From assembly GCA_040380025.1 (NCBI GenBank), contig JBEIJY010000003.1:32001-96000 (forward strand): a stretch of 64,000 bases of DNA, given 5' to 3'. This DNA comes from Bdellovibrionales bacterium. Its GTDB lineage: Bacteria > Bdellovibrionota > UBA1018 > CAIMNF01. A program made the translations under genes and the position numbers. Positions 53,501-63,223 of this stretch are shown here, in pieces; the stretch's first letter is position 1; every line of letters begins with the position of its first letter. Below the pieces are notes generated by a model. That model was not told the origin of the DNA and made no database searches. It worked only from the letters and a program-made list of their open reading frames with translations.

Positions 53501-54964
53501 ATGATGAAGAAGTCGCCCGTTTATTTTGTCTCGCTCGGATGCCCGAAGAACCTCGTCGACTCCCAAGTCATGCTGGGCAAGCTCGAGAACGATCGCTACG
53601 AGATCGCTCCCTCGCCCGAAGGCGCCGAGGTGATCATCGTCAACACCTGCTCGTTCATCCAGGCGGCGAAAGAAGAATCGATCGAGACGATCCTCGAGAT
53701 GTCGCAGTTCAAAGAAGAGGGATCCTGCAAGGCGCTCGTCGTGTCGGGATGTCTTCCTCAGCGGTATGCGAAAGAGCTCGAAAAAGAGATGCCCGAAGTG
53801 GATCTCATGATCGGAACCGGGCAATACCACAAGATCACCGAGCTTCTCGATTTGCACGAGAAGGCCCGCGAACAGGGCGCGCCTCTTCCGAAGCGCTCCT
53901 ACATCGACTTCCCCGCCTTCATTCACACCGAAAAAGATGCGCGCGTCCACACCGGTCCGCGCTTCACGGGGTTCTTGAAGCTCTCCGAGGGCTGCAACCG
54001 CCGGTGCTCGTTTTGCATCATTCCGAAGCTCCGCGGGAACGTTCGCTCCCGGACGATCGCCTCGCTCGTCGAGGAGGCAAAAGCCATGGCCGCAGAAGGC
54101 GTGCGCGAGTTGAATCTGGTGGCCCAGGACCTGACCGAGTACGGCATGGAATGGAAGTACCGCGAGAACCTCGAGATGCTGCTTCCCGAGCTGTGCAAGG
54201 TCGAAGGCATCGAGTGGATCCGCCTGCATTATGTGTACCCCGATCAGTTCTCCGATGAACTGGTTGAAATCATCGCGCGCGAGCCAAAGATCGTGAAATA
54301 CCTCGATATGCCGATCCAGCACACCAATGACCGCGTGCTCGGCCTCATGAACCGCAGGCTCACCAAGGCGAAATTGTACGATCTGATGGAAAAACTCCGC
54401 GCCAGGATTCCGGGGCTCGTGCTCCGGACTTCGATCATCGTGGGATTCCCGGGCGAGACCGATGCCGAGTTCGAGGAGCTGTGCGAAGACCTGAACCGGC
54501 TCGGGCTCGATCATGTCGGTGTGTTCAGTTACTCGAAAGAAGAAGGCACCAAGGCGGCCGAGCTCGACGGGCATCTGCATGCCAATGTGAAGAGAAAGCG
54601 CCGGAAGCGCCTGATCGAGATTCTCCAGAAACAGCGCGGATCGAAACTCTCCGCACTCATCGGAAGCCGGGTCGAAGTCATGATCGAGGGGAACTCCGAG
54701 GAGACCGAGCTTTTGATCCAGGCGCGCATGCCGACCCAGGCCCAAGAAATCGACGGGCGGGTGCTCGTGAATGATCTGGGCGAATGGAATGCGGCCGATC
54801 TGAATCCGGGCGACCTGGCCCTGGTCGAGATCACCGAGCTTGCCGACATGGACCTGATCGGAAAACTCGTTCGGGTCACGAAGCCCGCTCTGCCGGCGGC
54901 GCCCGGTCTCGCGACGAAGATCGCGACCGGACCCGAGATGAGAAGTGGACAGACCGCGCACTGA
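53501..54964 (+). CDS. rimO: Ribosomal protein S12 methylthiotransferase
   Basis: SLGCPKNLVDS, NTCSFI, radical SAM CNRRCSFC and a TRAM domain (EIDG). Confidence 0.96.
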   Translation: MMKKSPVYFVSLGCPKNLVDSQVMLGKLENDRYEIAPSPEGAEVIIVNTCSFIQAAKEESIETILEMSQFKEEGSCKALVVSGCLPQRYAKELEKEMPEVDLMIGTGQYHKITELLDLHEKAREQGAPLPKRSYIDFPAFIHTEKDARVHTGPRFTGFLKLSEGCNRRCSFCIIPKLRGNVRSRTIASLVEEAKAMAAEGVRELNLVAQDLTEYGMEWKYRENLEMLLPELCKVEGIEWIRLHYVYPDQFSDELVEIIAREPKIVKYLDMPIQHTNDRVLGLMNRRLTKAKLYDLMEKLRARIPGLVLRTSIIVGFPGETDAEFEELCEDLNRLGLDHVGVFSYSKEEGTKAAELDGHLHANVKRKRRKRLIEILQKQRGSKLSALIGSRVEVMIEGNSEETELLIQARMPTQAQEIDGRVLVNDLGEWNAADLNPGDLALVEITELADMDLIGKLVRVTKPALPAAPGLATKIATGPEMRSGQTAH

Positions 54965-55919
54965 TTCTCACGCGGATTCTTATAAGGATCCTCTGTGGGG
55001 CCGGATCGAATCGGCGCTGACCGATGAGGGATTCCCTGCTTCGTCCGTGGTCGATTATTCTTTGGCCCGCGAGGAGTACGCCCGGGACGTGTCCCGCTAC
55101 CGTGATTGGATTCAGGCCGGGAATCATGCCGACATGGGCTACTTGTTGCGTGGGCTCGACCGCAGGGCCGATCCCGCGCTCGTGTTCCCCGGGCTCGAAG
55201 GCGTGATCACCGTGCTCCGGCCCTATCCGCCCGAGCCGGCGGGAACCGCGGACCTCCGCTACGCACGTTATCTGAACGGTCCTGACTACCACGATGTGAT
55301 GAAAGAGCGCATGGAGGCGGCCTTTGCACGTCTGCGCGATGCGCACGCGCTTCCCGGGGACTTCCGATACAAAATCTGCGTCGATACCTCGGCGGTGTTG
55401 GAGCGCGCTTGGGCACGGATCTCGGGGCTCGGTTGGATCGGAAAGAACACCTTGCTCATTCATCCCAAGCTCGGAAGCTATGTGTTCCTCGGAGTCGTGT
55501 TCACGAATCACCGCTTCGGGGCTCCTCCTGTGCTTTTGAAGGATTATTGCGGTCCATGCACGCGGTGTCTTCAGGCGTGCCCCGTCAATGCGCTTTTGCC
55601 CCATGAACTCGATTCGCGAAAGTGCATCAGTTATCTGACTATCGAAAAACGCGGGTCCTGGGAACAGGCGGTCGACACGAAGGGATTCGTGGCCGGGTGT
55701 GATCTTTGCCAGGAGGCGTGTCCGTACAACTTCAAACCTGCGAAATACGCTTCTCCCGCGGGGCTTGCGCCTCATTTGGTGATCGACGCTGATTCCTTGA
55801 TGCGCGAAACCGAGGAAGAGTATCGGGCGCGGATCGCGGGAACGGCCCTCGATCGGATCCGGCCTGCGGATTTCAAACGGAATGTCCGGGCTACGCGGTC
55901 CGCACCCCGTACAGAATGA
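54945..55919 (+). CDS. queG: Epoxyqueuosine reductase
   Basis: ARY..G.DYH, CVDT..VLER, GWIGKN, CGPCTRCLQACP, CISYLTIE and GCDLCQEACP. Confidence 0.93.
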   Translation: MDRPRTDSHADSYKDPLWGRIESALTDEGFPASSVVDYSLAREEYARDVSRYRDWIQAGNHADMGYLLRGLDRRADPALVFPGLEGVITVLRPYPPEPAGTADLRYARYLNGPDYHDVMKERMEAAFARLRDAHALPGDFRYKICVDTSAVLERAWARISGLGWIGKNTLLIHPKLGSYVFLGVVFTNHRFGAPPVLLKDYCGPCTRCLQACPVNALLPHELDSRKCISYLTIEKRGSWEQAVDTKGFVAGCDLCQEACPYNFKPAKYASPAGLAPHLVIDADSLMRETEEEYRARIAGTALDRIRPADFKRNVRATRSAPRTE

Positions 55920-56853
55920 CGGGGTTTTCGACTGCGTTCAAAAACCGGATCGTGATTTTTCCTTTCAAGACGAGTGACGAGCCGACCACTTCACAGATTC
56001 CCGAACCACGATTGATTTCAGCGATCGCCGAGCCCTTGTCGCCCAGTCGGGTGTTGGCTCCATAGTGAGGCTGAGGAAGGGGCTCGTCGTTGAAGTGAAT
56101 GGTGAAGCGGGCATTGTCGCGGGCATCGGGGTGGGTGACCGCGATGATCCGCAGATGCGATCCCTCGAAGTCGAAGCTCATTCCGGCGGCAGAGTCCTCG
56201 GTCGCCATGGAGTCTCCGGCGGGGATCCATTTTCCGGCAAGCAAGAGTTCCCGGGCCGGAATGCTTTTCCGGTCGATCGATTTGGTCACTTCAATAATTC
56301 CCGCCTCGGCAAGGGGAAGTCCCGGATCCTCGACCCGGAGAGTTCGATGGAGCATGGCCTCGGCTTCTCCGAAGACCTTCACCGGATCGGGCAGGAGCGG
56401 CAGATTCAAAAGTTCCTCGCTTTGCCGGAGAATCACGATTCTTGGTTCCTCTTTGGCATCGAAGTGCGAGAACCAATCCCCCTTCGCGTCCAGATGGACC
56501 GGGAGCTCCCCGAAGATCTTCGAGTTCCGGAAGCGCTCGAAGTACCGCGTTCCGCGGAGAAACAAGTATTTTTGCTCGATTGCGATGATAGAGCGCACGG
56601 GCAGGCCACGATATTCGTTGCTGATGCGCTCGATCGCATCGAGGACCGGGTCGAGCAGGTAATCGGCCGCATCGAGCAAGAACAACAAAACAATATTCTG
56701 CTCGGCCAAGTCATGCAGCGGGAGGATCTTCGTTCCTGCCGGCGTGCCCAAAATTCCGAACCACGGAGGAGCGTGCAGCCAGTTCGGTTGGCTCGTTTGG
56801 ATCATCCGTTCTTTGATTTCTTCGATCGTGAGGACTTTTTCTTTTCGCTTCAT
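55891..56853 (-). CDS. Hypothetical protein resembling a redoxin + DipZ C-terminal domain, without CxxC
   Basis: HAPPWF..L.DL....VLL.F pattern, then a beta-sandwich-like C-terminal half; resemblance judged by eye. Confidence 0.5.
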   Translation of the reverse strand: MKRKEKVLTIEEIKERMIQTSQPNWLHAPPWFGILGTPAGTKILPLHDLAEQNIVLLFLLDAADYLLDPVLDAIERISNEYRGLPVRSIIAIEQKYLFLRGTRYFERFRNSKIFGELPVHLDAKGDWFSHFDAKEEPRIVILRQSEELLNLPLLPDPVKVFGEAEAMLHRTLRVEDPGLPLAEAGIIEVTKSIDRKSIPARELLLAGKWIPAGDSMATEDSAAGMSFDFEGSHLRIIAVTHPDARDNARFTIHFNDEPLPQPHYGANTRLGDKGSAIAEINRGSGICEVVGSSLVLKGKITIRFLNAVENPVILYGVRTA

Positions 56854-56869
56854 GATGGTTCGTCCGTTC

Positions 56870-57589
56870 TTAAAAATCGAGACGGTATTCGATTCCCGCC
56901 CTGCCGTCGGTTTGATTGTTCAATTCGGGAATCTGCGAGGAGCCCACCGAAAAGTTCAGATGCTCGGTGAGCGGGTGCCGGAGCTGAGTCGAGAACGACC
57001 GGCTCCGGCTGAAGTAATTCAGTTCGGCCATCGTCCGGGTGGTCGAGAGACTCCGGTTCACATTCAGGCCCAAACCCGAGGTGCCGTCGTAAAAAACACG
57101 GCTGTTCAGAAACGGGGACTCGAGGTTGAAGTCTCCTCGGCCTGCCCGTCCATCCACACGCGACGATACCCGGAAAAGATCGGTTTTGATCAGTCGGACC
57201 GTGACGCCGAACCAGAGCGCCGCCGCACCGGCGAGCACGCTGGCCGGGCCACCGAGGCTCTGGCTCTGATCGAGAATGGTCTTGCCGCGGGTGGTGATTT
57301 TTTCGAGGGCGATCGCCAGTTGTTCGTCTTTCAGCAGATTTGTCATTTGCTCGGCCCGTTGTCGTCCGAGGATCAGATTTCGTCCGAGGGTCCCCGGATC
57401 CCGATTTCCCATGGCTGCCGCTTGCTCGTTTCGACTCAATGTCGAGCGGGTCTCTTGTTCGAGAAGGGGATTTTGTTTTGTGCTCAGGAGATCCCTCTCG
57501 TTCGAAGGAGGCGGGGGCGTGGCCGATCCGATCGACCTTTCCGCGTGCAGGGACAAAAGCAGAATCAAAAGGAACACACTCCGACTCAT
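56870..57589 (-). CDS. Exported hypothetical protein, possible beta-barrel
   Basis: Signal peptide; C-terminal AGIEYRLDF. Confidence 0.6.
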   Translation of the reverse strand: MSRSVFLLILLLSLHAERSIGSATPPPPSNERDLLSTKQNPLLEQETRSTLSRNEQAAAMGNRDPGTLGRNLILGRQRAEQMTNLLKDEQLAIALEKITTRGKTILDQSQSLGGPASVLAGAAALWFGVTVRLIKTDLFRVSSRVDGRAGRGDFNLESPFLNSRVFYDGTSGLGLNVNRSLSTTRTMAELNYFSRSRSFSTQLRHPLTEHLNFSVGSSQIPELNNQTDGRAGIEYRLDF

Positions 57590-57635
57590 CTCTCCGTCTT
57601 ATCGGAATTTCTGGCCATAACTTGAAGAGCCCCGG

Positions 57636-58457
57636 TCAGCCCCGGAGCTTGGAGAGCAGGAACCCGGTGGCGCTGAACTGGTCGGCGCAGGGGGCCATCC
57701 GGAGTCCGTCCGCCGCAAGGCGAATGGCCCGATCCCGTCCTAAAAGAGAGAGAATGTTCTTTTTGGATTGGTTCCGGTCCTGCTCCTCATCCTCGAGGTC
57801 GTCAGCGATCTGAAATGCAAAGCCGAACGCCGAGGCGTACCGGTCGAGCTCCTCGATTTTTTTGGATTCGGGAGGTTCTCCCGAGAGGAGCACGGGGGTC
57901 AGGATGCTGGCGCGAAAGAGGGCGCCGGTTTTGAGCTCCTGGACCTTCAGCAGGGTTTCCAGGTCGGCTTGGCGCATGCCTCTTACGATCTCGAGTTCGA
58001 GCATCTGGCCCCCGATCATTCCCTCTCCTCCGATCGATCTCGAAAAGCACTCGAGCATGATCCCGAATGCGCCGGCATTCGGGGCAAAGGGAGCGAGCCC
58101 CGCGACCAGACGGTAGGAGAAGTTCAAAAGCTCATCGCCGGCGAGGAGTGCGGTTCCCTCGTCGAATTTTTTGTGAACGGTGGGAAGTCCCCGCCGCCAG
58201 TCATCGTTGTCCAAGGCGGGAAGATCATCATGGATCAATGAAAAAAGGTGAACAGACTCGATGGCACTTGCCAAGGCGAGAACGGCTTCGGGAGCGAGAT
58301 TCACGCGGGCTCCGGACTCGTGGACGAATTGCGGTCGAAGGCGTTTTCCGGGGGCTTCCGCCGCGTACAGCAGTGCGGAGCGAAGAAGGGGGGAGGCGAT
58401 CGGCGCCTCCTGAAGAGTCCTAAGGAGGTGCGCATTGAAGGTCGAAAGCCACTGCAT
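57636..58457 (-). CDS. ispA: Polyprenyl (farnesyl/geranylgeranyl) diphosphate synthase
   Basis: GKRLRP, HDDLPALDNDDWRRG, KTG and FQIADD. Confidence 0.93.
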   Translation of the reverse strand: MQWLSTFNAHLLRTLQEAPIASPLLRSALLYAAEAPGKRLRPQFVHESGARVNLAPEAVLALASAIESVHLFSLIHDDLPALDNDDWRRGLPTVHKKFDEGTALLAGDELLNFSYRLVAGLAPFAPNAGAFGIMLECFSRSIGGEGMIGGQMLELEIVRGMRQADLETLLKVQELKTGALFRASILTPVLLSGEPPESKKIEELDRYASAFGFAFQIADDLEDEEQDRNQSKKNILSLLGRDRAIRLAADGLRMAPCADQFSATGFLLSKLRG

Positions 58458-58556
58458 GGAAGAACCCTAACGGAAATCGCCAGGCCAGACAACGAAAACA
58501 CGGAACACTTTAATCGGGTTTCGGTTTGTGGTAGATTCCGCCCGTAAAGGAGTATC

Positions 58557-59675
58557 ATGAGCGACGAACGGTTCACCGAGCAGTCCACTGAGAATTCCAC
58601 TGAGAATTTCACCGAGCGGTTCATCCGCCGGAAGGCCGATCATATCCGGTTTTCGCTCGCTCCCGAAAGTGAGGCGCGGAACGTCCGCACCCTCGATCGC
58701 TACCGTCTCCTCCATGATTCCCTGCCCGATCTCGATTTCGAGAGCATTTCCCTTTCGTCCCCGTTTTTGGGGTTCACGCAAAAGACTCCCTTTTTTGTGG
58801 CGGGGATGACCGCGGGGCACCCGGATGCCCGGATGATCAACGACCGCCTGGCGGCCGCTGCTGCCCGAAGGGGCTGGGGCTTCGGTCTGGGTTCCCAGCG
58901 TCGCGAGCTCGACGGGGCGTTCGTCGATGCCCCGATCGGAGCGATCCGGAAGGCCCATCCCGATCTCAAAATTCTTTCGAATCTCGGAATCGCCCAATTG
59001 ATCGGGATTTTTCGATCGCAACACTGGAGCCGGCTGAACGAGCTTCTGGAACGAAGCGGCGCCGATGCCCTTGCCATTCACCTGAACCCTCTTCAGGAGG
59101 CGATCCAGGAGGAAGGCACCCGTGATTTTCGCGGCGGGCGCGATGCGATTTGTGCGCTACTGGATTCGGTGCGGATTCCCGTGATTTTGAAAGAAACCGG
59201 CTCGGGCATGAGTCGGATGTTCCTCGGGCGGATCGCGGATCTTCCGGTTCATGCGGTTGACGTGAGCGGTCTCGGAGGCACGCACTGGGGCCGGATCGAG
59301 GGAATGCGGGCCGAAGAGGGTTCCCGTTCGCGGACACTGGGCGAAACCTTTGCGGACTGGGGCGTCCCGACGGCGCGCTCGATCGAAACCGCCCGGAATC
59401 TGCTGAAGACAAGCCCGATTCGCATTTGGGCGAGCGGGGGAATCCGCACGGGGCTCGATGCTGCGAAATGTCTCGCACTCGGAGCGCATGCCGCTGGATT
59501 CGCGCGGGTCGCACTCGAAGCCGCGATCGCGGGTGAGGCATCGCTGGATCGCTGGATGGAGCGCATTGAGGACGAACTTCGTACGGCGATGTTTTGTACG
59601 AATTCGGCGCAGGTCACCGACCTCACCCCGGACAAGATCGAAATCGGAGAAAGTCATGAGCAAAGAACGATTTGA
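58557..59675 (+). CDS. fni: Type 2 isopentenyl-diphosphate isomerase (FMN-dependent)
   Basis: RKADHI, GMTAG, GSQR, HLNPLQE, KETGSG, GGTHW and SGGIR. Confidence 0.96.
   Translation: MSDERFTEQSTENSTENFTERFIRRKADHIRFSLAPESEARNVRTLDRYRLLHDSLPDLDFESISLSSPFLGFTQKTPFFVAGMTAGHPDARMINDRLAAAAARRGWGFGLGSQRRELDGAFVDAPIGAIRKAHPDLKILSNLGIAQLIGIFRSQHWSRLNELLERSGADALAIHLNPLQEAIQEEGTRDFRGGRDAICALLDSVRIPVILKETGSGMSRMFLGRIADLPVHAVDVSGLGGTHWGRIEGMRAEEGSRSRTLGETFADWGVPTARSIETARNLLKTSPIRIWASGGIRTGLDAAKCLALGAHAAGFARVALEAAIAGEASLDRWMERIEDELRTAMFCTNSAQVTDLTPDKIEIGESHEQRTI
58572..58619 (+). repeat. Four 12-bp tandem units at the start of fni
   Basis: TTCACCGAGCAG TCCACTGAGAAT TCCACTGAGAAT TTCACCGAGCGG (FTEQ STEN STEN FTER). 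Confidence 0.8.
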
Positions 59676-60963
59676 ATCCCTGTTGCAGGATTTCCACCGG
59701 ATTCCCTTCGAGGAACGGCAAGCCCGCCTTGCGCGCTGGTGCGATCTTGATCCTCAGGAACTGCAAATCCTGAAGGGCGTGAATGCCCTGCCGGTCGAAA
59801 CCGCAGAGCACTTCATCGAGAACGTGATCGGCGTGTTTCCGGTCCCGATGGGAGTCGCGACCTATTTCACGATCGACGGACGGGACGTGCTGATCCCGAT
59901 GGCGGTCGAAGAGACCTCGATCATCGCGGCGGTGAGCTCCACTGCAAAATGGATCCGCAAACTGGGCGGGAAGATCACAACGGAATCGCGCGGGAAACTC
60001 ATCATCGGGCAGATCCAGATCCCGCGGGCGGGCGATGTCGAAGGTTCCCTCGAAAAACTGACCCAACTGCGCGAAGAGCTGATTGCGGACGCGAACTCGA
60101 TTGTTCCGGGGCTTGTGGCCCGCGGAGGGGGCGTTCGCGACATCCAATTCCGCACCCTTCCTCGCGAGGATGGAACAGGAACCATGCTCGTGATCCATGT
60201 GCTGTGTGATCCGAAAGATGCGATGGGCGCGAATCTCATCAATCAGATCTGCGAGGGGCTGAAGCCCGGAATCGAAGAGGTGACCGGCGAGAAGGTCGGA
60301 CTCTGCATTCTTTCGAATCTGGTCGATACCAAGCTCACCCATGCCAAAGTCGAGATCGACGGAGTCGATGCCCCGACGGGAATCGGCATCGCAGAGGCCG
60401 CACAATTCGCAAAAAGCGATCCGTATCGCGCCAGCACCCACAACAAGGGCGTCATGAACGGAATCGACCCCGTACTGGTGGCCACCGGAAACGACTGGCG
60501 TGCCGTCGAAGCGGGCGTGCATTCGTTCGCCGCCCGTTCGGGAACCTATCAGCCCGTGACGGACTGGCGATATGAGAACGGTCGACTGACCGGCGAGTTC
60601 CTTGCTCCGCTTGCCGTGGGGACGGTCGGAGGAGTCACCATGCTTCATCCGACGGCACGCTTGGCGCTGAAGATCATGGGCGTGCAGAGTGCCGAGGGCC
60701 TTGCTTCGATTCTTGCGGCGACGGGGCTCGTGCAGAATCTCGGGGCACTGAAGGCGCTGGCGACGGTGGGAATCGTAAAGGGCCACATGCGGCTTCATGC
60801 CGCGAATCTCGCGCTTCAGGCCGGTGCGAACGAAGAAGAGCTTCCGCGACTTCGTGCCGAGCTGTCGAGTGTTCTGACCCGCGAGAAGCGGATCAACCTG
60901 ACACGGGCGAAAGAGATCCTCGAAAGCATCCGGTCCTCGACCGGGAACCATCATCTCAATTAG
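59656..60963 (+). CDS. mvaA: Class II HMG-CoA reductase
   Basis: IENVIG, PMAVEETSIIAA, DAMGAN, THNKGVMNG, GNDWRA and GHMRLH. Confidence 0.96.
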   Translation: MSKERFESLLQDFHRIPFEERQARLARWCDLDPQELQILKGVNALPVETAEHFIENVIGVFPVPMGVATYFTIDGRDVLIPMAVEETSIIAAVSSTAKWIRKLGGKITTESRGKLIIGQIQIPRAGDVEGSLEKLTQLREELIADANSIVPGLVARGGGVRDIQFRTLPREDGTGTMLVIHVLCDPKDAMGANLINQICEGLKPGIEEVTGEKVGLCILSNLVDTKLTHAKVEIDGVDAPTGIGIAEAAQFAKSDPYRASTHNKGVMNGIDPVLVATGNDWRAVEAGVHSFAARSGTYQPVTDWRYENGRLTGEFLAPLAVGTVGGVTMLHPTARLALKIMGVQSAEGLASILAATGLVQNLGALKALATVGIVKGHMRLHAANLALQAGANEEELPRLRAELSSVLTREKRINLTRAKEILESIRSSTGNHHLN

Positions 60964-62693
60964 TTTTTTTCGGCGAACGAGAGCAGACGCTGGAATTCCC
61001 CGTTTTTCTCGACCAGATCGGAGTAGGTTCCGCTCTCGAGAATCCGGCCCTGCTTCATCACCACGATCCGGTCGGCGTTCCGGATCGTCGAGAGCCGGTG
61101 CGCGATGACCAGAGTGGTGCGGTTTTCCATCAGTTTTTCGAGGCTGCTTTGCACCATCTTCTCGGATTCATTGTCGAGATTCGAGGTCGCCTCATCGAGT
61201 ACGAGGCAGGGAGCGTTCCGCAAAAACGCCCGCGCAATCGAAATCCTCTGCCGTTCGCCGCCCGAGAGCTTCACGCCCCGGTCGCCCACGATGGTGTTAA
61301 ACCCCTGGGGCAGGCGCGAGATGAATCCCGTCGCGTGAGCCTGCGAAGCCGCTTCGAGGACTTCCTCCCGCGTGGCATCCGGCTTTCCCATGCGAATGTT
61401 TTCGTAAATCGAATCATGGAACAAAAACACATCTTGGCTCACGACCGCGATCTGCGAGCGCCAACCGGCAAGATCGAGCGACCGGAGGTCATGTCCGTTC
61501 ACGAAGATCCCTCCTTCGGTGACATCGTACATGCGGGTCAGGAGTTGGACGACCGAGCTTTTTCCCGAACCGCTTTGTCCGACCAGAGCCAGGGTCTTTC
61601 CTCGCGGAAGCACGAATGAGATTCCATCCAGGATTTTCCGTTTCGGCTCATCCGGATACGAGAAGCCGATTCCCCGGAACTCGATTCCGGATTCGATCGC
61701 GGGAACCGGGATGCCGTTTTCGGGCAAGGTGATCCGCGGTTTCCAGGAAAGAAACTGGTTGATCCGCTCCATCGCGGCGGCTGCAGCATGAAGTTTCGCA
61801 TTGATGTCGGTGAGCTGGCGGATCGGATTGATCATCATTCCGAATGCGGCAAAAAACGCGAGAAGATCGCCCGACGTCATCTCGCCCCGCAAGACCGCGC
61901 TCCCCCCGAAATAAAGAATGATCGCGATGGCGATCGAGGTCACGAGTTCAATCGAGGGTCCCGCGATCTCCTCCATTTTGCTGATCTTCAAAAGCAAGCG
62001 CGTGAGGCCGTTGAGCTGGTCCCGGAATCGTCGGACCCGGTCGGACTCAAGCCCGAATAGCTGAATCACGCGGATTCCACTGATCGCTTCCTGGACGGTC
62101 GAGTAGGTTTCTCCGTTCTGGATTTGGAATTCCCCGATTTTTTGTTTGATGTACCGGCCGGTTCTTCCGAACACGAATCCGAGCGCTGGCACGATGGTGA
62201 GCGTGATCACCGTGAGCTTCCAGTTCGTGTACAGGGCGTATAAAAAGAGTGCGCTGAAGGTGATCGGCTCCCGGAGCAGCACATTGGTCGAGGCGACGGC
62301 ACTGTCGAGCTGCGCCACGTCCACGGTGACCCGCGAGAGGAGGGTGCCGGCTTTGTGCTCGGAATAGTAATCGACCGAAAGCGAGAGCAGGTGCGCGTAA
62401 AGGCGTTCGCGAATGGCCTGGTTTGTGCGAACCACCGCGATCCGGATCGCGTAGAAATGAAAAAACCGTACGAACAGGTTCAAAAAATACATCGCCACGA
62501 TCGCGATCGGAATGAGCAGAAGCTTCTGCGGATCCTTTTTGACCAGGATCTCATCGACAAGGTACCGGACGAGCGGAATCGGCCCCGCTCTCAGTGCGGA
62601 GAGGGGGATGGCCATGGCAAGACTGAACCAGATCCAACTCCGGTTCGGTCTGAGATAAGGGAGGAGCGTTTTAAGCGATCCTAGCGAAAACAT
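60960..62693 (-). CDS. msbA: Lipid A export ABC transporter (MsbA-like)
   Basis: TMD + NBD fusion; GQSGSGKS, LSGGERQR and DEATSNLD; divergent from gmhB. Confidence 0.8.
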   Translation of the reverse strand: MFSLGSLKTLLPYLRPNRSWIWFSLAMAIPLSALRAGPIPLVRYLVDEILVKKDPQKLLLIPIAIVAMYFLNLFVRFFHFYAIRIAVVRTNQAIRERLYAHLLSLSVDYYSEHKAGTLLSRVTVDVAQLDSAVASTNVLLREPITFSALFLYALYTNWKLTVITLTIVPALGFVFGRTGRYIKQKIGEFQIQNGETYSTVQEAISGIRVIQLFGLESDRVRRFRDQLNGLTRLLLKISKMEEIAGPSIELVTSIAIAIILYFGGSAVLRGEMTSGDLLAFFAAFGMMINPIRQLTDINAKLHAAAAAMERINQFLSWKPRITLPENGIPVPAIESGIEFRGIGFSYPDEPKRKILDGISFVLPRGKTLALVGQSGSGKSSVVQLLTRMYDVTEGGIFVNGHDLRSLDLAGWRSQIAVVSQDVFLFHDSIYENIRMGKPDATREEVLEAASQAHATGFISRLPQGFNTIVGDRGVKLSGGERQRISIARAFLRNAPCLVLDEATSNLDNESEKMVQSSLEKLMENRTTLVIAHRLSTIRNADRIVVMKQGRILESGTYSDLVEKNGEFQRLLSFAEKN

Positions 62694-62728
62694 AAGAATT
62701 CCCGATACCTTATGCTATGATCAGAGGC

Positions 62729-63223
62729 ATGGCAAAGGCCGTTTTTTTGGATCGGGATGAGACCTTGAATCCGGATCCGGGGTACATCAGCGACCCCGCC
62801 CTGTTCATGCTGTACCCGTGGGTGGCCTCGGAGCTCCGACGGCTCAAGGATGCGGGATTTTTGCTCATTGTGATTTCCAACCAGTCCGGGGTGGGGCGCG
62901 GTTTGATTCCCGCGGGAGCACTCGAGGCGATCCACCAAAAGTTGAACGATCTTCTCGATGCGGCCTCCGGGGTGCGGATTGACCACTTCGCGATTTGCAC
63001 CCATCGTCCCGAGGATTCGTGCGAATGCCGGAAGCCGAAACCGAAGCTCATTCTGGACTCGGCAAGCCTTTTCGAGATCGATCTTTCTTCGTCGTTCATG
63101 ATCGGCGATCGGGAGTCCGATCGAAAGGCGGGCGAAAAAGCGGGGGTCCGGATCAGCTTCCAGATCGATCCGGGCGATGAGGCGTCCTTCAAACTTGCCA
63201 TTCGGGCGATTTTAGGAACCTGA
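62729..63223 (+). CDS. gmhB: D-glycero-D-manno-heptose 1,7-bisphosphate phosphatase
   Basis: FLDRDETL, SNQSG, CTH...CECRKP and MIGD. Confidence 0.9.
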   Translation: MAKAVFLDRDETLNPDPGYISDPALFMLYPWVASELRRLKDAGFLLIVISNQSGVGRGLIPAGALEAIHQKLNDLLDAASGVRIDHFAICTHRPEDSCECRKPKPKLILDSASLFEIDLSSSFMIGDRESDRKAGEKAGVRISFQIDPGDEASFKLAIRAILGT

